The notes below the pieces were generated by a model. That model searched no databases. It worked only from the letters and a program-made list of their open reading frames with translations, and had not been told where the DNA came from. Positions 1-13,680 of a stretch of DNA of 64,000 bases are shown here, piece after piece (within the stretch, counting starts at the first letter, position 1; the number at the start of each line of letters is the position of its first letter). The stretch is from NCBI RefSeq assembly GCF_964204645.1, contig NC_134030.1, positions 4,692,778 through 4,756,777 on the forward strand. Reading direction: 5' to 3'. The translations under genes were made by a program, and so were the position numbers. This DNA is from Tubulanus polymorphus. Lineage: Eukaryota > Animalia > Nemertea.

Positions 1-1523
1 CATGGGTAGAGATGCGCGAAAACCATGCAACCTAACGCTGCAATTGCTAAGAACATTCTCAAATGTGCGGTGACATCCAATTAGAATTTTACGGTCATTC
101 CTCACCAAACTCGGATCAATACATTTCAGCTCTTAAACCCATTATAGTGAACAGTGAAATATGCCCGGACAATGTAGCGGAGGTTGGGCACAACTAAAAG
201 ATCCGTTTTGAAAATATGTCAACACACATCATTCGACACGCACCATTATTATGGTTCTCATTACAGTTGAATAGTTCTCAAGTACTTCTCAGAACTTCTC
301 GATAGTTTTGTGAATACGGATACTCCATGCTACTCACTAACGTGATGATGCTATTTATCGAAAGCTAGAACAGGCTTTCAGATCACGATACACCATTAGC
401 TCCGATTCGACGATGAAAGATCCAGAAATGCATTTTTTACATCATGTAAAAGAAATAGAAACGTTCTACGGAGACTTATTATATCTTCATGAAAAACGTT
501 GTTATTTTCGTCACCGTCATGCTACTCATCCACGTTCAAATTTCTTTTTCTGATGCCTCGGTGTTCGATCATTTATTTATCATTTCTCGCACCCAGAGAA
601 ATGTGACAGCAAGAGATGCGCTGCCACAGTATTGTTTCAGTGCGTATCGACGGTCGGGATTGATAGCAATATCCATCTACCAATAGCACGTCCATTTCCT
701 GTTGTACAATGTACTTGTCGATTTCCTTTCGATGAATCTTTTCAGAGACTGTGTGTACTGGTGGCTCGTGACCTTGCGACCGTTTCGAAACATTCTTTTC
801 ATAAATATTAGAATAAAGAACATCGGAACTGCTCAAAAACGATTTTCTTCGCGCATCAATTTTCGTGTACGGAAACTTAACCCGTGCATGACGACTTCGC
901 CCTCAGATCAATGATCGAAAGGAATCGACAGACTTATTTTAAGTTCATTTTAGCCCGGTCGATAGATATTCCAATTTACTTCGCCGAAAACATAGCCTAT
1001 ACGCTGTCTGATTTGCTCTGACGGATAACTAAATTATGGTCTCGCATCAACACAACAATCGTTCCACGGAACCCCGAGGCGTTGCTTTTCCGATTCGCTC
1101 AAATAGAAAGTGTTCTGAAATGAGTTCCGATACGGCTTTTAGTCGATGAACGATTTTTTCATCATCAAATACTTAATTAATTTCCTTAATCATGACTGCA
1201 TGCATCAAACGACTAATTAGTTTTCGGTTCAGTCGACATATCTGCAAGCAGGTGTAGGGATCTTCCCGATTAACTAATGACTCTTTCTTGACGTGAAGAT
1301 GGGTGATTTGCTTCACATTTCAGACATATACCTCAAGTACGGAAGCGTCCTGGGGACATGAGATAAATAAATATGTTCGGAATTTATTCTGACATAATAT
1401 CTCGGAATAAAATCGCCAAACTTTCTAACTTAATCGAAATGCCTTTTTTTCTGACATATTACTTTGTTAAAATTAGTTCTAATTCGTAGGATGGTATCTT
1501 GGAATGAAATATTCAACATTAAA

Positions 1524-1682
<159 letters not shown>

Positions 1683-4600
1683 AACCTTATCGATCACTCG
1701 CATAGAAGAAGTACTAGTTCGGTAAAAATCTATATCTATACTTTGGTAAACAATACACGCAACTTTGTCGATCACTTCGTTTGAAAGGGATTTATACTAG
1801 AAGAGTTAACCAGGTACATTCCGTAAATTTTCTCATTTATGCAATTCTCAAGATACATGCATACACTCAACTCTCATCAGGATATTCAGTGAACTTGTCG
1901 TAAAATATCGTTCATTTCCTTTTCGACCACATACAAAGGCAATTACTCCTAACCAGGGTGATGGATATCGTTATTTCATGCTCGGTAAATCATTATTTAT
2001 GGCGACATGTTGTATTACAGTTTATATCATGTGAATGCGTTTTATGTACGAATACAGACAGATACGTTTTGTGGCGAGTCAATTCACTTTAGCGCGCTTG
2101 CGATGAAGGTCTAGTTTACTATACTGATTAATTGAGAAATGTATGAGCGCGTGATATTGAGTGCAAAACGCTGTTTAGGGATTTCGGAGATTTGACTTTT
2201 TTTCAAATCCGCTGAATCATAAATAGTTAATACATAGAAAAGTACATGCAAAGTAGAGCGTAGATGCATATTGCTTAGTTTTGAATTTTTGGAAATGAGA
2301 AAGTCACGAAACTAGGTTCGTATGTTTTGATCTGTCAGCGAATAACATGCAATGACGCCTTTAAAAGGGGTATACGCAGCGAGCAAAATGCTTTTAAATG
2401 CCAATATCACATTGCAAAATGAAGCAGACACTTTTCGCCTGTAAGATGAAGAATAAATGGACCGTAGCAACCATTTCGAGAGAATGGACTGCAAGAGAAT
2501 GGGGAAGGCTGAATAAAAAGGGACAGTGAGGAAAAGAAAAATTGAATGCAGCATAGAGATAGGCTTCATTATATATCTCTTGCTCGTAGCACGTGGAAGA
2601 AATTTTCTGGTCTCTAATTTGTCCAGCACACGTAGCCTGTGATTGTGGTGATTTGTCAATGTTGTCTAATCCTCACTGGACACGGTACGAAGGGATCATC
2701 TTCACTACGTGCCTTGAATCCAATCTAAAGATTGCTTTATGCGGTTTGTGTGGACGCCATTCCAACAACGCGGTTTTTTCTGCGTCTGTTCGATAACTAT
2801 AAAGCGGAGGGAGTTGGATCAATCTTTCAACTAGAAAGCCGTTATCGAAACAAACCAAGCTAACGGGATAAAACATCGTTCTAGTGATTAAATAAAGCTT
2901 ATAGGAGCAGAATTTGGATTACTGCTTTCCTCAGATAAATCCCTGTCGGAAATGATGCGTCGGGTATCACATGAAGACGCATTTGAATAGGGATTTGTTT
3001 GTATCTTAACCCTCCTCCCGTCAAATAGAGATAGTCTTCCAATTTGAGCTAGAATCATTAAGAGACGCTAGCATTTGTGAAGATAGAAATTGAGTAGTGT
3101 GCAAACAATTCGCGCACAGTCTCGTGTTTCCAGTACTGCCGATTTAGCACTATTATTACGTACCCCTTCGTGGGGTATTTGGTTTCAATTTCAGTGGACA
3201 TTTACCTATAAAATACTAATTGATTTTTTTACCCAGGTATCTGAATGTATAGATAGCCGTTACGTGCGTATGTAAATGATATTCGCGGAACACGCATGCC
3301 ATAGGTTGTTCGCGGTGTATCATCAATCTTACCGTTTATTGCTAGTACATACTGTCTGCAATGTTCTGATAACGAGCAACCTGGGTTCGTCGTCACAGCC
3401 GCGTCTTCGACGAACAGGTTATTACACCTGCGAAGGATAAACGATTGTCAGAACAGATCCGATTTAATTAGATTACTAGAGACGTATATACCGAGTGATT
3501 TTCTTCGATAGACTTGCCCATTAAGAAGCCATTCGATAATACAAGAATATCAGGCGAATATCAGAGAAATAGCGCAGATCTTTGATGCTTCGGTTAAAGG
3601 CTATCAAAGAAACGATTCTCTATTTTTCATTAGGGTCTAACCATTCGACAGAAAACCCTATTGTTATTCCCTCGATTATTATCATTTCGCCCGTTCTTTT
3701 CACAATTTAGCTGCTTAGAGTCTACTACCATCCTCACTTCACTATTATTCAAGAAAAATGTTCCAATTATAATCAGACATGAATATATGTAATGATACCG
3801 CGCCTGAAATGTTTACGAATCATCGCCTTAAAGTCGCTGTCTGGTGTAAAGCGGTGTTTCCGGTTAAAACTTTATTCTTAAAGGCATATACATGACCAAA
3901 GCCCCCTATTCTCGTTTATTAATGGAAAGTATTTTATTTTGCTTTCGTTTTTTTTTCCTTTTTTTCTTTCTTTCTAAGGGTACCAACGTTACGCAGCCTC
4001 CGGACTTTGCAGGGCCTACATAGCATTCTGTAACTGATTGTATATACATAAGTTTTACATATTCTATGCAAATGAAGTTTATCGTATTGTCTCAATTTGC
4101 GATGAGATGTTGTCGCCTACTGTGTGAATTGTCATCTGTGTTCGTGATGAAGAAATATCATATTATAACCATATATAGAGAACTGCAAGATTATTTCCAT
4201 AGCTGTGCATTCCCTTCGTGATATCCTCACTAATGATTTATAACAATCAATGCAAGAAATCAACCCGCGCGAGCTCAAACGTATTAGATTTTATTGCAAT
4301 TTTTCACTTCGAAGATGCATCCCGATAGAAATTCGAGTTTGCGACGAATCAATGAAAAATGATCGATAGCTAGAATTACTATATGTTAATAGTCGAGAGT
4401 TTCACTTGATACGCTCCGATGAAACGTCATGGTATTTTCATCAGAAATCTCCGTTTCGTTCGCTGATTGATAGCGAAATTCGAGACGGGTTTAAAGGAGA
4501 ACTTTCAAACGAGTTTCCCGGGCCATTAGAAATAAATCCTCGGTTAGACGTAATCCTAGCAGAAATCTAGCCATCAAATATTCAAATGAATGTCGTATTC

Positions 4601-7600
4601 GATTTTCAGGTAATACGAATCTCGTTTGAACCACCGACACAAGCAGCTACAGTCGCTGCTCTCCCTTGTTATACATTTCCACGAAAATTCGTATTAACAC
4701 GATAATAAAGCGAAGATGTTATATACAACGAATGCGGGAATTCAGAGTGATATCTTACAGAATTATGTACATATTTATGTGAAATTATAGTATATGTCAA
4801 GAGTTGGCAACGATAGGTTATAGAGTCAATCGTTATTCCAGCGAAAAAAAGAATTTAAAAAAACGAAATAGGCCTATGCAAAAATTCCAACAACAATCGA
4901 TATAGTAACGAGAATAACCTTCATCGATATTATAACTTTTATAACATATTTATATATCTATCTAATTGTTTATAAAACTGAATGTTATATTATGTTATAA
5001 TTTCAATGTAAATAATGGTTATTATTAATTAATAATTATTAATCGTCATGTATAGTATACGTTTAGCTCTATGATAGGGAAATATGGTCTTTAGTGAAAA
5101 GATAGATCGTTTTAAACGCAAAATTTGAAGTAATGCGTTTTCGGTGTTGGTAGTTGCAGATGGGTATGTTAGATTGTGAGTGGTTGTGTTTACATTTTGT
5201 TAACAAGATTCTTCGATTTTACGCCGTTGAACGCATCTAAACAAGTGTAAACCGATCTCAACATTCGCAAACCACCAACCGGCTTCATACGCATAGGATT
5301 TTGCGTTTCATCGTTGTAATCTGACTGAAATCTACAGAGTCTAATCTCTTTCATAAAACGTATTCATCAAAATGCCACTCACGGTTTAATTAAATGAATT
5401 CAATTTATCAAATGTGATATATCGATGCTGCTATTACCGTGTTTCGCGTCAGCTGGGTCGTCTTGTTTCTACGCAATCGGCGAAGAATTTAATTTCATAC
5501 TCCCTCATTAATCTTAGACACTCAAATTGAAGACTTTCAATGTCCGTTTCTCAGCTGATAATCCACTCTTAAACTCGACGAGTATTACGTGATTTCCAAC
5601 ACTTAGTGGTCATCAGTTTTGGTCTGGCGTTAAAGCGGGTATAATCAATGTCGATCATTCGGAGTTGATGTAGCTCTGGGGATGGCAATATTCAAGCTAC
5701 ACTCAATCTTTATATCGACCACGGAATACAAGTGACTTGCATCGACTTGTGCAGTTAGGTCGTCGTTTTAAGGATGTCTTTATGTAAACACGCTGGATGT
5801 GTCTTTCGCTATTAAAAGCCTCGCATCAATTTTCGACTTCCTTTCCTACTTCTCGAAACGAAAACAAGAATATCCCCGCGGCAAGAAAAAATTCGATATT
5901 CTTATTCGGTAAACGTGTGTAGAATATCGATAATAGAATATGGAATCGATGGTGCGTTATTGCGCTAAACCGAGACAGACGAATTATCTGGTTTCGTTCC
6001 CGATATCTCATCTCTTTCTTTATCATCGCTTTGTTCTTTGGAACAGTCCTTCGCACCTGTTCTTTCCGCGATTGATTGCAGAAATCGACGACCTGCAGGT
6101 ACGACGACCGTGCGCTAAACAGAGAAGATACAGACCACAAATACGTATAGGAGATATCTAACCTCAAAAAGAAAAACGGTCAGAAACTCCCAAACTAAAT
6201 CCAATGATTAACTTGTACCTCCTCGATGATGTTGCCTCTCAGACTTTATAGTAAATTTAGACGTGTATACAACGCATCTTTAATGGCACGGGCTGCAGAA
6301 CACGTGTCGCTGCTTTGCAGTTATATTCCCTATTCTTTTCATTCATTGATTCATTTTTGCATTTTCCTCTCGAAAATACCTCTCCATTCTGTTACAATTT
6401 ATGTAGATATAGAGGAACATTTTCTCCTGAGGTCTCACGGCTATTATTCCACGTATTAACTCGCGGGTTTGGTTATAATTAGTTTGGGTTGCTTGGGTGA
6501 ACGCGAGGGAATTAAAGATAATGAAAAGACCGTGTAACGTAGAAATTAAGGACCATGTTCGCTTCAAATCAATGAACAAAACCACGACTTAATGTGCATG
6601 TCTTGATAAATTGGTTATCTATTAGTTTCCATATTATTCATTAAGCGCATTCGGTCGCAACGCGAGATTCTCATGCTAACTTGGGAAACGTAAACTCGTA
6701 TGCATTATCTTCCAGTATGTTAATTAAAAAGAATCGTGAGGGGGATGTGAAAAACATTGTATTCTACATGCCACATTTTATGAGAACTGATCGTGGCATG
6801 TTTTTCTTTATGGTTGTTTCTGTCGTCACATTACCCGGATAACAACTATCGCGGGAGCTATGAATGACGTAGCCGAGTGTACACCACACCCTTTTGATGA
6901 CATCGGAAACATGGCGGGATCAGAGAAGCCTTGGAAGTTATTATATCGTTTGTTCTATTGCGGAGGAGAGATAGAGTTCCACCTTCTATGAACTCCACGT
7001 TTAAAGAAACCTTGGCATTTATCTTAGAGATGACAACAGACTCGTCGATTTCAAAATCCAAACGAGTTAAATGATAAAGATAGATATCAGCAGTTGTACG
7101 CACGCCTGCCATAGAAAGCGCCTCTAATATTTTGATATGATTTTGCATAACTTTTTGAACTTCACGAGCTGTTTCGGTTGATGTCGATAAATGTAGGGAT
7201 GGAAAGCTACCTAAATTAACAACATTATAGCCTAACCTAACCTTAACCCCTTCATCGGGTATGTAAAAAACCGAGTTGATGTCGTTTTACGAGCGAAAGT
7301 CTAATGAAATTTTCAAGATTCTAAGATATGCGTGGCCATCGAGAATTAGTGCAGCCTGGGTTCATCTTATCGCAGCGTGAACAATCACCCTTCATCACCA
7401 TCTGAAAACTTCCCTCCACGCGGAATTGACACAATTACCGCAGAAGAGGAAATGTGCTGCAGACTGCTGCATTCAGATTATATACGTAGATGAAAATCAC
7501 ATCTTATGGAGATTACGGACAGGCGTGATAATCTAATAATAATAGCTGGTGTCATCATGACGTGACAGTAAAATGAAGTGACGGCGAAGGCACCCATTTT

Positions 7601-10600
7601 ACACAATCTTTTACAGAAAGATTTCCCAAGGTCATAGGAGCTTAGCTTTAAAAAGATGTTACCCACGATCATAAACGAGATTATTATCAAGCTACGATTT
7701 AGGGTAATCGTTTACTTTCGGTAAGTTTCAGAACCGTCTAATATCGGGAACCAGTTGATCTATAAGCCCTTGAATTTTCCAGGACATCCAATGAATGAGT
7801 GTAAATATTTCCTCGTGGTCCGGCTTTTGTGACGACACAGAAAGAAAAACCAATAAAGCTTCTAAAGACCTTTCTTTGCCGAGCAATCTTATTAAATCTT
7901 GCAGCCACACAAACCGCGTTGAAGAGCTACATCGCCGAGGACAACATCATGACGACGCGATATTAAACCTGGTAAGATGCCTGACTGTATGATGAACTAA
8001 ACGTTAGCCCCACAGCGATGCGCAAACAGAAAATGATTTGTTTCCAGGAAGAACAATAATCCTCTTACGTTTTTTTTATATATCTACATTCCTATGTAGG
8101 TTTTTTCCGCCATAGATTATACCTTGTAAAATAGGAGAGAAGCCTACAATTTTGGACATAACAGATAGAAACTAGATTCCAGATGGCAGATTGATCAAAT
8201 ATAGAAAATGTGTCAATCCGGAACTATGCATGCTGACCACCATAATACCCTGATTAAGAATCAACTCACAAGTCGCCGGCGGCATTTTTACGAGCACTGT
8301 GCTAAGTCAAACACGCAAAATGTCACGATGCACCGACGTGTGATGAGCTCTAGATAAATCTAATTTGTCGTACATTCTAGGTACTGGCAGCGATGGTAGT
8401 AGTCGTAGCAGACATTTATTACATGATCTTAAATACCGATTCGTGATAGTCTTGTTCGCGTTGGCATCTTATGATAATTGTCGCTAAAAAGACATCTGAT
8501 CAGTCGCTTGCCAGTTCAGGCTGGTTGGAGATGGTTAGAATGAACCGGAACCGAACTTTCCAGTGATGCACTTCGATTTAAAAAAAAAAACGAAAAAAAA
8601 TCTGCAAATTCGACCGCCGATCACACAAGTATATCTGTACTTGGATGTACTTCGATTTCCGATTTCAAAATCACATCCCCTGTTTCGTTCCCGGCAGGTG
8701 TGGTGGGTTTGTAAGGGATACCAAATCAAATCAAAACAAATCAAATCTACCAATCAAATATTACAGGGCCAATCCCTTCGTAAGATGAAAAAAAGACATC
8801 TGATAGAATTAGTCGACAAAAACCCACAATAAAAAGAAAAACTATCTGATAGAAGTTTCAAAAAATTTAGGTCTATGACTCGATTTCGATGATTTCACGC
8901 AACCATTTTCCTTTCGCGTTCGACAATTGTGCATCCCCACGATTTATTACACATTTTCTTACAACAAAACAAAAAGAATTCTTTTAATATTTTTTGCCAT
9001 TTGAATGAGCATTATTTGCCAAGAGACCCGACGTCGAACATACCTTCAAACGATAGGGGTTTATCAGGTATCGTTTACTACCACCTCGTACTCGTGTCGA
9101 TACGCGAATGACTCCAGGGGCAAATTTAATTGGGAAGAAATTCGAAACTGCTGACATTCCCCATATCTACATATCAAGCTATATCTTTTAGAAAAAAATC
9201 CTTAATATAGGTTCGTATATCTGAGTATCACGGAATCTAAACCGATGATAATTGATTTTTTAAAATTTTCATCGATAGAAATCTTCGATTTTATTGCACT
9301 AAGTGTTTAGATTTTGAATGTTTTAATTTATCATCAATCCGATATGGTTACATACATACGTTAAAAGGATTCTTAAAAAATTGATCTTGTTAGATTTTCC
9401 ATCAACATATCAAATATTAAGGCAATCGTAACGTTTGTTTGTGTGAAGTATTTTCGTCGTTAGGTTTTTTTTGGTAATCTTTTCAACGAAAATCTCAGAT
9501 CAACATTTCTTAATCCTACTACACCAGATCTAATTTGTTGCACGGTCGCTACGATTAGAATATGTATTGTTGATTATGTATGACAATGAAAATACTTACG
9601 TCATATTAGTTAGCATCGCAGTGACAATTAGAAACATTATAGTTGGGTATTGTTCCAGTATGTAGGTAGGCACTCTCACTCCGGTGAGTCCTGCATCATC
9701 TGCAGTGCGCGCGATATCGCGTGCAGCACGAGCTGATGCTGAGTCAACTATGATCAATCGATACAGACTGTCGCGCGCACCGCGCACACGTTTACAATGA
9801 TCATCTTCCGTCATCAAGACAAGTCTCATTGTCGAGATCATCAGAAAAAATTATCCTCTTCATGAAAACGAGGCCAATTCTGCTGAAAAATTCAAAATTC
9901 TTATGCGTTCCCCAAAACTAACCACAGCTCTCGGAAAGTTTATCTCAGTGGGCTTCGAACAACAATGTTATTTTTTATGTTTATTCACAATTTTTTACTG
10001 CGTTTATATTATGATTTCCTATAGATTTTGTATTCTATCATTTTCTTATCTTTATTGTTAAAAACCTGACTTGTATCACATCACACTAAGGACAATAACG
10101 ATATATTGAATTGAATTGATTTATCCATCTCTACTGCAGAAAACTAGCTAATTTTCTTCCCCAAACTGCAGCTGGCAAAGGTTTCTATTTTTATATGTCT
10201 GTATCCGCTTTCATAGCAACAAAAAAGAAAGAAACTGTGTTATAAGATTTGCTATCATTGTAAAAATATATCACAAATCAACATATTTTCTCTGGTCAAA
10301 ACATCATCCGATCTTTTGAATCCATGCTCTTTCTGTTGGTAGTCACGTCTATCCTCTTAGGTCGGTGAAAAGAGAGATAAAGATATTTCGCAGAGCTTAC
10401 TCTCATTTTTCTGATAGAAACTATTCCCATCCACGTGGATTAGTGTTGACGCTACCTGTGTGTACTGTACTTGTCGCGAGAAGATCAATGCAGTTTCCGC
10501 CTTGACCACGTGATTTTATCCGAGTATCACTGGTGACTCAATAAAAGCTTACTAGGACTCACTTCGCAATATAGATTTTCCAATAATATTTTTGCACCAC

Positions 10601-11584
10601 TACTGACGTAGTTAGGTGTATCATCGATATTTTGGAAACAGCTATATTTGCGGTGGTCCTTTAAAGAATTACTTATATTTGGCTGGTTCTATCGCTTGTT
10701 TGTGTTCGTTTATTCCATTCAATTATGACTATGTTTCTTCTGTGAAAATTCCTTCGAGAACAAGATCCATGAATGTTTATTTACTTATATAGATTTATAA
10801 AGTTGCTTAAGACCTAGTCCACGAGTGTTGGATTCGATGGGGTTTGCTGACGGTGTAAATCCCTGATTACCTATGACATGTTTGCAATGGTTCTCATGGG
10901 TTTTCAATCTAAGCACAAACCGATTTCCTGGCGACTCTCGAAACAGATCATCGGCAATAATTCCCATCATCTAACTTGATCAAGCGTGCTCCGATTGGGA
11001 TTGGTGGTGTCGCGCTGCTGGTGAGCTATACTTTCATTAGATAATATTGGTCATTGGTCACGGTAAGGCTCTACACATACCGCAATAATTATATGATTGG
11101 ATTTCAACTGTACAATGTGAATCTGATGTGCCATCGATCTATTTTGGAGTGCTGTTTTGGGAAGATACGTACCACAATGAGTGATTATTGAGGATTCATT
11201 GGGCACAAAGCCTTGCTTCGAATTGAACATATGACGTAACATCAAATTTTCAGTAGAACTAAAACTATATACCTATATCCAAAATGTCGCCCCTCACCGT
11301 TGTCTGAAGCATATTACATATATATTATATTTAGGTATGCCGATTTTGCTAGGAATAGCAAGAACAAAATCCTACTCGTTTCACAAATTATACGTGTTCG
11401 CAAATTATATACGTACAATATCATACGAGGAAAATTCAACACAACTGTGAAATTGTTATATGCATATACACCATCGAAGTATCATCATTTTATGATACAT
11501 TTTTCCACGCGTCGCATCATCGCTTTTTCAAGTCACTTCAACGGACCCAATCGACTTCGTGATTCAATACCGCTGAGTTTGAGT

Positions 11585-12616
11585 ATGACTGGAAACGTAA
11601 CTGTCGTCACCACTACGACGACTACTGTTACTACTCCGCAGTATGTTTGTCCATTAAACGGACTCCAAATACGAAAACATAAGCTTCAAATATACTTCAT
11701 TCTTCCCGTATGTATCATGGGAATATGCTTCAATATTTTCAGCTCCTTGGTTTTTAGGAAAATGTCTGATAGCGGGCAGGCAATGCGTCTCCTCATCCTC
11801 GTAGCACTGTCGGATATCATTTATCTTTCAAATACATTTTTAGACGGTCCGTTCCGTCATTTAATATTCAGAGCGATCTTCGGTGACCTCATGTTTTATC
11901 GACCAGATTTTGCGGTTTTTCCGCTGTGGAACTGGATACGAATTGCGTCCTACAAGTCGACAGTGACGATCCGCAATTGGATGGTAGTTCTAACAGCTGT
12001 CGTTAGATGTCTCCACGTGTTATTTCCGTTCTGGTCTCGGCGTTGTATCGATAAGAAACGGATCCATATTTGCACGTCCATTATTATTGTTATTTCGGCA
12101 GCTGTGTACGTGCCTCGTTATTTTGGTGGGAGAATAGGCACTGAAAAATGCCGCGGTGCTCCGCCACACTTTCCCCGTTTCAAGTTATTCAAACGAAGTA
12201 AAACCATTCATTACGTAGGCACTTGGATATATATGTTACTAACTATATCCATCCCAGCAGCGATTATCTTGTTCTCAAACGCAATTCTCTTATGGTCAGT
12301 ATACAGGTCGTTTCAACTACGAAAATCAATATCTACCGAAAAAAACAATGGACGTTCGTCCAGGAAGACTAAAGCGACACAACTAGTTTTAATAGCGACT
12401 TCTGTGTATCTGATTTGTGAATTACCACCTCTCATCACGAGGGTATGTAACTACTTCGTCAAAGTTAATTGGAATCCATTTCTGTTAGAAACTATATTCG
12501 TAGTTATAAATAATCTACCACCGATCGACTCGGCCATTAATTGCGTGATTTATTTACTTGCTAGTAGACAATTTCGGACAATGGCGAAAACGATGTGCTT
12601 TAAAAGTATTTCCTAA
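11585..12616 (+). CDS. Intronless class A (rhodopsin-like) GPCR, FMRFamide-receptor-like/orphan peptide or chemosensory type, copy 1
   Basis: Seven hydrophobic segments with GICFN (TM1), LVALSD (TM2), TAVVRCLHVLFP (DRY equivalent), ICELP (TM6), DSAINCVIY (NPxxY equivalent) and helix-8 QFR. In-frame ATG at 11585 precedes an N-glycosylated Thr-rich N-terminus; the ORF track's upstream TTG extension is not protein-like. Confidence 0.9.
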   Translation: MTGNVTVVTTTTTTVTTPQYVCPLNGLQIRKHKLQIYFILPVCIMGICFNIFSSLVFRKMSDSGQAMRLLILVALSDIIYLSNTFLDGPFRHLIFRAIFGDLMFYRPDFAVFPLWNWIRIASYKSTVTIRNWMVVLTAVVRCLHVLFPFWSRRCIDKKRIHICTSIIIVISAAVYVPRYFGGRIGTEKCRGAPPHFPRFKLFKRSKTIHYVGTWIYMLLTISIPAAIILFSNAILLWSVYRSFQLRKSISTEKNNGRSSRKTKATQLVLIATSVYLICELPPLITRVCNYFVKVNWNPFLLETIFVVINNLPPIDSAINCVIYLLASRQFRTMAKTMCFKSIS

Positions 12617-12814
12617 CTAACAATATAAACCTTTCGATTTGGGGTCATCCTTGAGTAACACGAAGTGTTGCCCTACCTATGTACCTTTCCTTCGTCCTTA
12701 ATCAACTACACTTCGGTTGTAGAATCGACTCTCTGTGTCGAAAGAATAGCATTGGGACAAATTACCACATCTATAGACTGTATTGTCTTTATTGTTTAGC
12801 AGAAAGGGGTATTT

Positions 12815-13025
12815 TTACAGTTTCGTTAGATCCGTTTCATTTGACTGAGTGCAGTACGATATCGACGAACATGAAAACTTGACTTCGTCAAGGTCTACGA
12901 GTTCATCGTTCACTTCATTGTCTAGATGAATCCCGATTACAAGAGGATACACGACAGTTGCGAACAGACTTCCGATCAGTGGTCCGATTAGCGGAATCCA
13001 AAACCAGCAGTTGTAGTTACGAAAA
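12815..13025 (-). pseudogene. Orphan duplicate of the aquaglyceroporin last exon (intact frame; possible alternative terminal exon)
   Basis: Reads FRNYNCWFWIPLIGPLIGSLFATVVY...LTKL*, near-identical to 20081-20288 with an in-frame 3-nt indel. Acceptor ttttcgcag is retained. No upstream aquaporin exons in this copy. Confidence 0.8.
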
Positions 13026-13305
13026 CTGCGAAAAGAAACGCAAAGATCATTTAACAAAGATAATTTCAAATATGCAAGATACAAATTAGTGGGGTGATGA
13101 TGAAGATGACTAAAGATTTTCTTATGGAACAAAAATTAAAATCTAGATGAAATTTTTAAAATATTTTCTATAGAAGATCATACACCAGAATATAATGCAA
13201 TGGCTTGAAAAAATGAAAAAAATAGAAAATGAAAATGGTGAAATAACTAAGAAAGATATAATAAAAAGAATTATTCCGTCAACATGTAACACAAAAGAAA
13301 AGTAA

Positions 13306-13680
13306 ATGTATTTATATTTATCATTTAAAGATTATTATTAGAAACCTTAATTAACAAAAGAAGATGTGGAAAATATAAAAGAAACATTCACAAACATATT
13401 AAAATATAATGTGCATATAAGAATAACAGATTCAATTAATTATGAATTCTTTTTAAATAAGATTGTAAATTTTTCAAACATCGATATTATAATTCCATTT
13501 GATGAATTAACAAACAAAAAGAAACAAAGAGACCGAGATGAAATGTGGTACAATATAGAACTTTATTTAAATGAGAAAAATGAAATGAAAGAACCTAAAG
13601 AAATTATAGAAAAACAATTAAATGAAAATGAAGAAACCACTAGTGATTTCGAGTATGATGATATTGATTTCATGTTTTAA
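13306..13680 (+). pseudogene. Unknown AT-rich gene of the Polinton-like fragment (frameshifted near 5' end)
   Basis: K/E/N/I-rich ORF 13366-13680 with an acidic tail. Its TAA overlaps the convergent PolB stop (ttaa, 13677-13680), a compact virus-like arrangement. Family not recognised. Confidence 0.45.

Larger units (their letters stand above)
11114..13088. repeat. Segmental direct duplication, copy 1 (GPCR + aquaglyceroporin last exon)
   Basis: Aligns co-linearly with 18475-20350, from aatgtgaatctg to gatacaaatta. One ~100-bp difference lies just upstream of the GPCR start (11479-11585). Confidence 0.95.

Noticed and set aside
7231-7250. Telomere-like cctaacctaaccttaacccc
   Set aside because: Only 2-3 imperfect units; too short to call an interstitial telomere.
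11300-11584. 95-aa N-terminal extension of GPCR copy 1
   Set aside because: Starts at TTG, is not in frame with the GPCR in copy 2, and looks like UTR or promoter sequence.
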